The notes under the pieces are model-generated. The model worked only from the letters and a program-made list of their open reading frames with translations, did no database searches and was not told the DNA's origin. The position numbers and the translations under genes are program-made. A DNA stretch of 63,980 nucleotides, from assembly GCA_018302465.1 (NCBI GenBank), contig JAGVZQ010000003.1, positions 1 through 63,980 on the forward strand. The letters run 5' to 3'. Shown piece by piece: positions 63,151-63,980 of the stretch (positions are counted from its first letter, which is position 1; the number at the start of each line of letters is the position of its first letter). The DNA comes from Candidatus Woesearchaeota archaeon. Lineage in GTDB: Archaea; Nanobdellota; Nanobdellia; SCGC-AAA011-G17; GW2011-AR20.

Positions 63151-63980
63151 ATGGAAATAATGACTCTAGGTGGTTACAATGAAGTAGGCAAGAATATGAC
63201 TGCAGTAAAAGTGCAGGATGAAATTGTTGTTTTTGATATGGGTTTATATCTGCCAAGTATTCTTAAATTTCAGGAAGAAGGAGATCCAAGAAATTTAGGA
63301 AAGAAAGAGCTAATAAAAATAGGTGCTATACCTAATGATGCTCAGATAGAAAAAGAGAGCTCAAAAGTAAAGGCAGTAATCTTAGGTCATGCCCATTTAG
63401 ATCATATAGGCGCTCTTCCTTCAATGATTTTAAACTACAGCTGCCCGGTTATCGGAACGCCTTATACTATAGGAATTCTAAAAACATTGTTAAGAGACAG
63501 AAAAATAGACATAGATAATAGATTAAAAGTTCTTAATGTTAATACCCTATTCAAGATTTCCAATAAATTAACTGTTGAATTCGTAAATATTACACATTCT
63601 ACAATACAAACTTCTATAGTAATCCTTCATACTCCGGAAGGTAAAGTAGTCTACACAAATGATTTCAAATTAGATAATCATCCTGTCATAGGCAAGAAGC
63701 CAGATTATGAAAAATTAAAATCATTAGGAGATGGTAGTGTAAAAGTATTGATCTTAGATTCTCTAAATTCAACATCTCAAATGAAAACACCTAGTGAAAA
63801 AGTTGCAAGAGAAATGCTTAAGGATGTAGTTCTTGGAGTTAATACAGAAAATAAAGCAATTGTTGTTACAACATTCTCCAGCCACATAGCAAGATTAAGA
63901 AGCATAATTGATTTTGGAAAACATTTGAACAGAAAAATAGTTTTTCTTGGAAGAAGTCTTGAGAAATATGTTGGAACTGC
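63151..63980 (+). CDS. rnj: Archaeal RNase J (metallo-beta-lactamase/beta-CASP), 3' end off the window
   Basis: MEIMTLGGYNEVGKNMTAV...ILGHAHLDHIGALP... open to the window end. Absent from the ORF track because there is no stop. Confidence 0.8.
   Translation, partial: MEIMTLGGYNEVGKNMTAVKVQDEIVVFDMGLYLPSILKFQEEGDPRNLGKKELIKIGAIPNDAQIEKESSKVKAVILGHAHLDHIGALPSMILNYSCPVIGTPYTIGILKTLLRDRKIDIDNRLKVLNVNTLFKISNKLTVEFVNITHSTIQTSIVILHTPEGKVVYTNDFKLDNHPVIGKKPDYEKLKSLGDGSVKVLILDSLNSTSQMKTPSEKVAREMLKDVVLGVNTENKAIVVTTFSSHIARLRSIIDFGKHLNRKIVFLGRSLEKYVGT

Noticed and set aside
1-63980. Search for CRISPR arrays, rRNA genes, IS elements with terminal inverted repeats, and integrase or transposase genes
   Set aside because: I saw no regularly spaced direct repeats, no rRNA-like GC-rich blocks, and no transposase or integrase motifs on either strand. 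The mobile content seen consists only of LAGLIDADG genes, an intein, TA cassettes and a Bro-N gene.

Overview
This window is an AT-rich, gene-dense archaeal segment, and I infer a DPANN-like organism. Support for that comes from archaeal-type genes (P0/P1/L1 ribosomal proteins, aTrm56, AglB, SecDF, NreA, a Fap7-like kinase, RNase J) alongside a bacterial-type truncated AlaRS. It holds about 85 protein genes, 6 tRNA genes, and no rRNA or CRISPR.

The most unusual content is a layer of selfish or mobile elements wrapped around the tRNA genes:
- Five of the six tRNAs carry bulge-helix-bulge (BHB) introns. I can fold 10 introns by hand. They include 12-nt mini-introns in the T-loop supported by a compensatory base-pair change, and a tRNA-Cys that appears to carry four introns.
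- Two free-standing LAGLIDADG genes each sit immediately upstream of the most intron-rich tRNAs. The last codons of each gene encode that tRNA's TATA box, and one ORF runs 24 nt into tRNA-Ile.
- Both LAGLIDADG genes and a Bro-N/DinD-like gene share a near-identical 28-nt core placed exactly 7 nt upstream of a TATA box.

Other notable items:
- A LAGLIDADG intein in a FlaI/PilB-type ATPase, inside a type IV pilus-like locus with a split PilC and two pilins whose 5' ends are near-identical.
- A Bro-N gene split exactly at a U UUU UUA slippery heptamer.
- An antitoxin-PIN cassette bracketed by perfect 37-bp direct repeats that begin at stop codons, plus a decayed paralogous cassette.
- A perfect 65-bp tandem duplication that breaks a deacylase gene.
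- A VKOR-thioredoxin-CcdA operon.
- An E1/SAMP/NcsA operon.
- An ArsR-controlled operon of Met-rich SHOCT and DUF302 proteins.
- Two very large paralogous surface proteins.

All functional calls come from motif recognition by eye. No searches were run.
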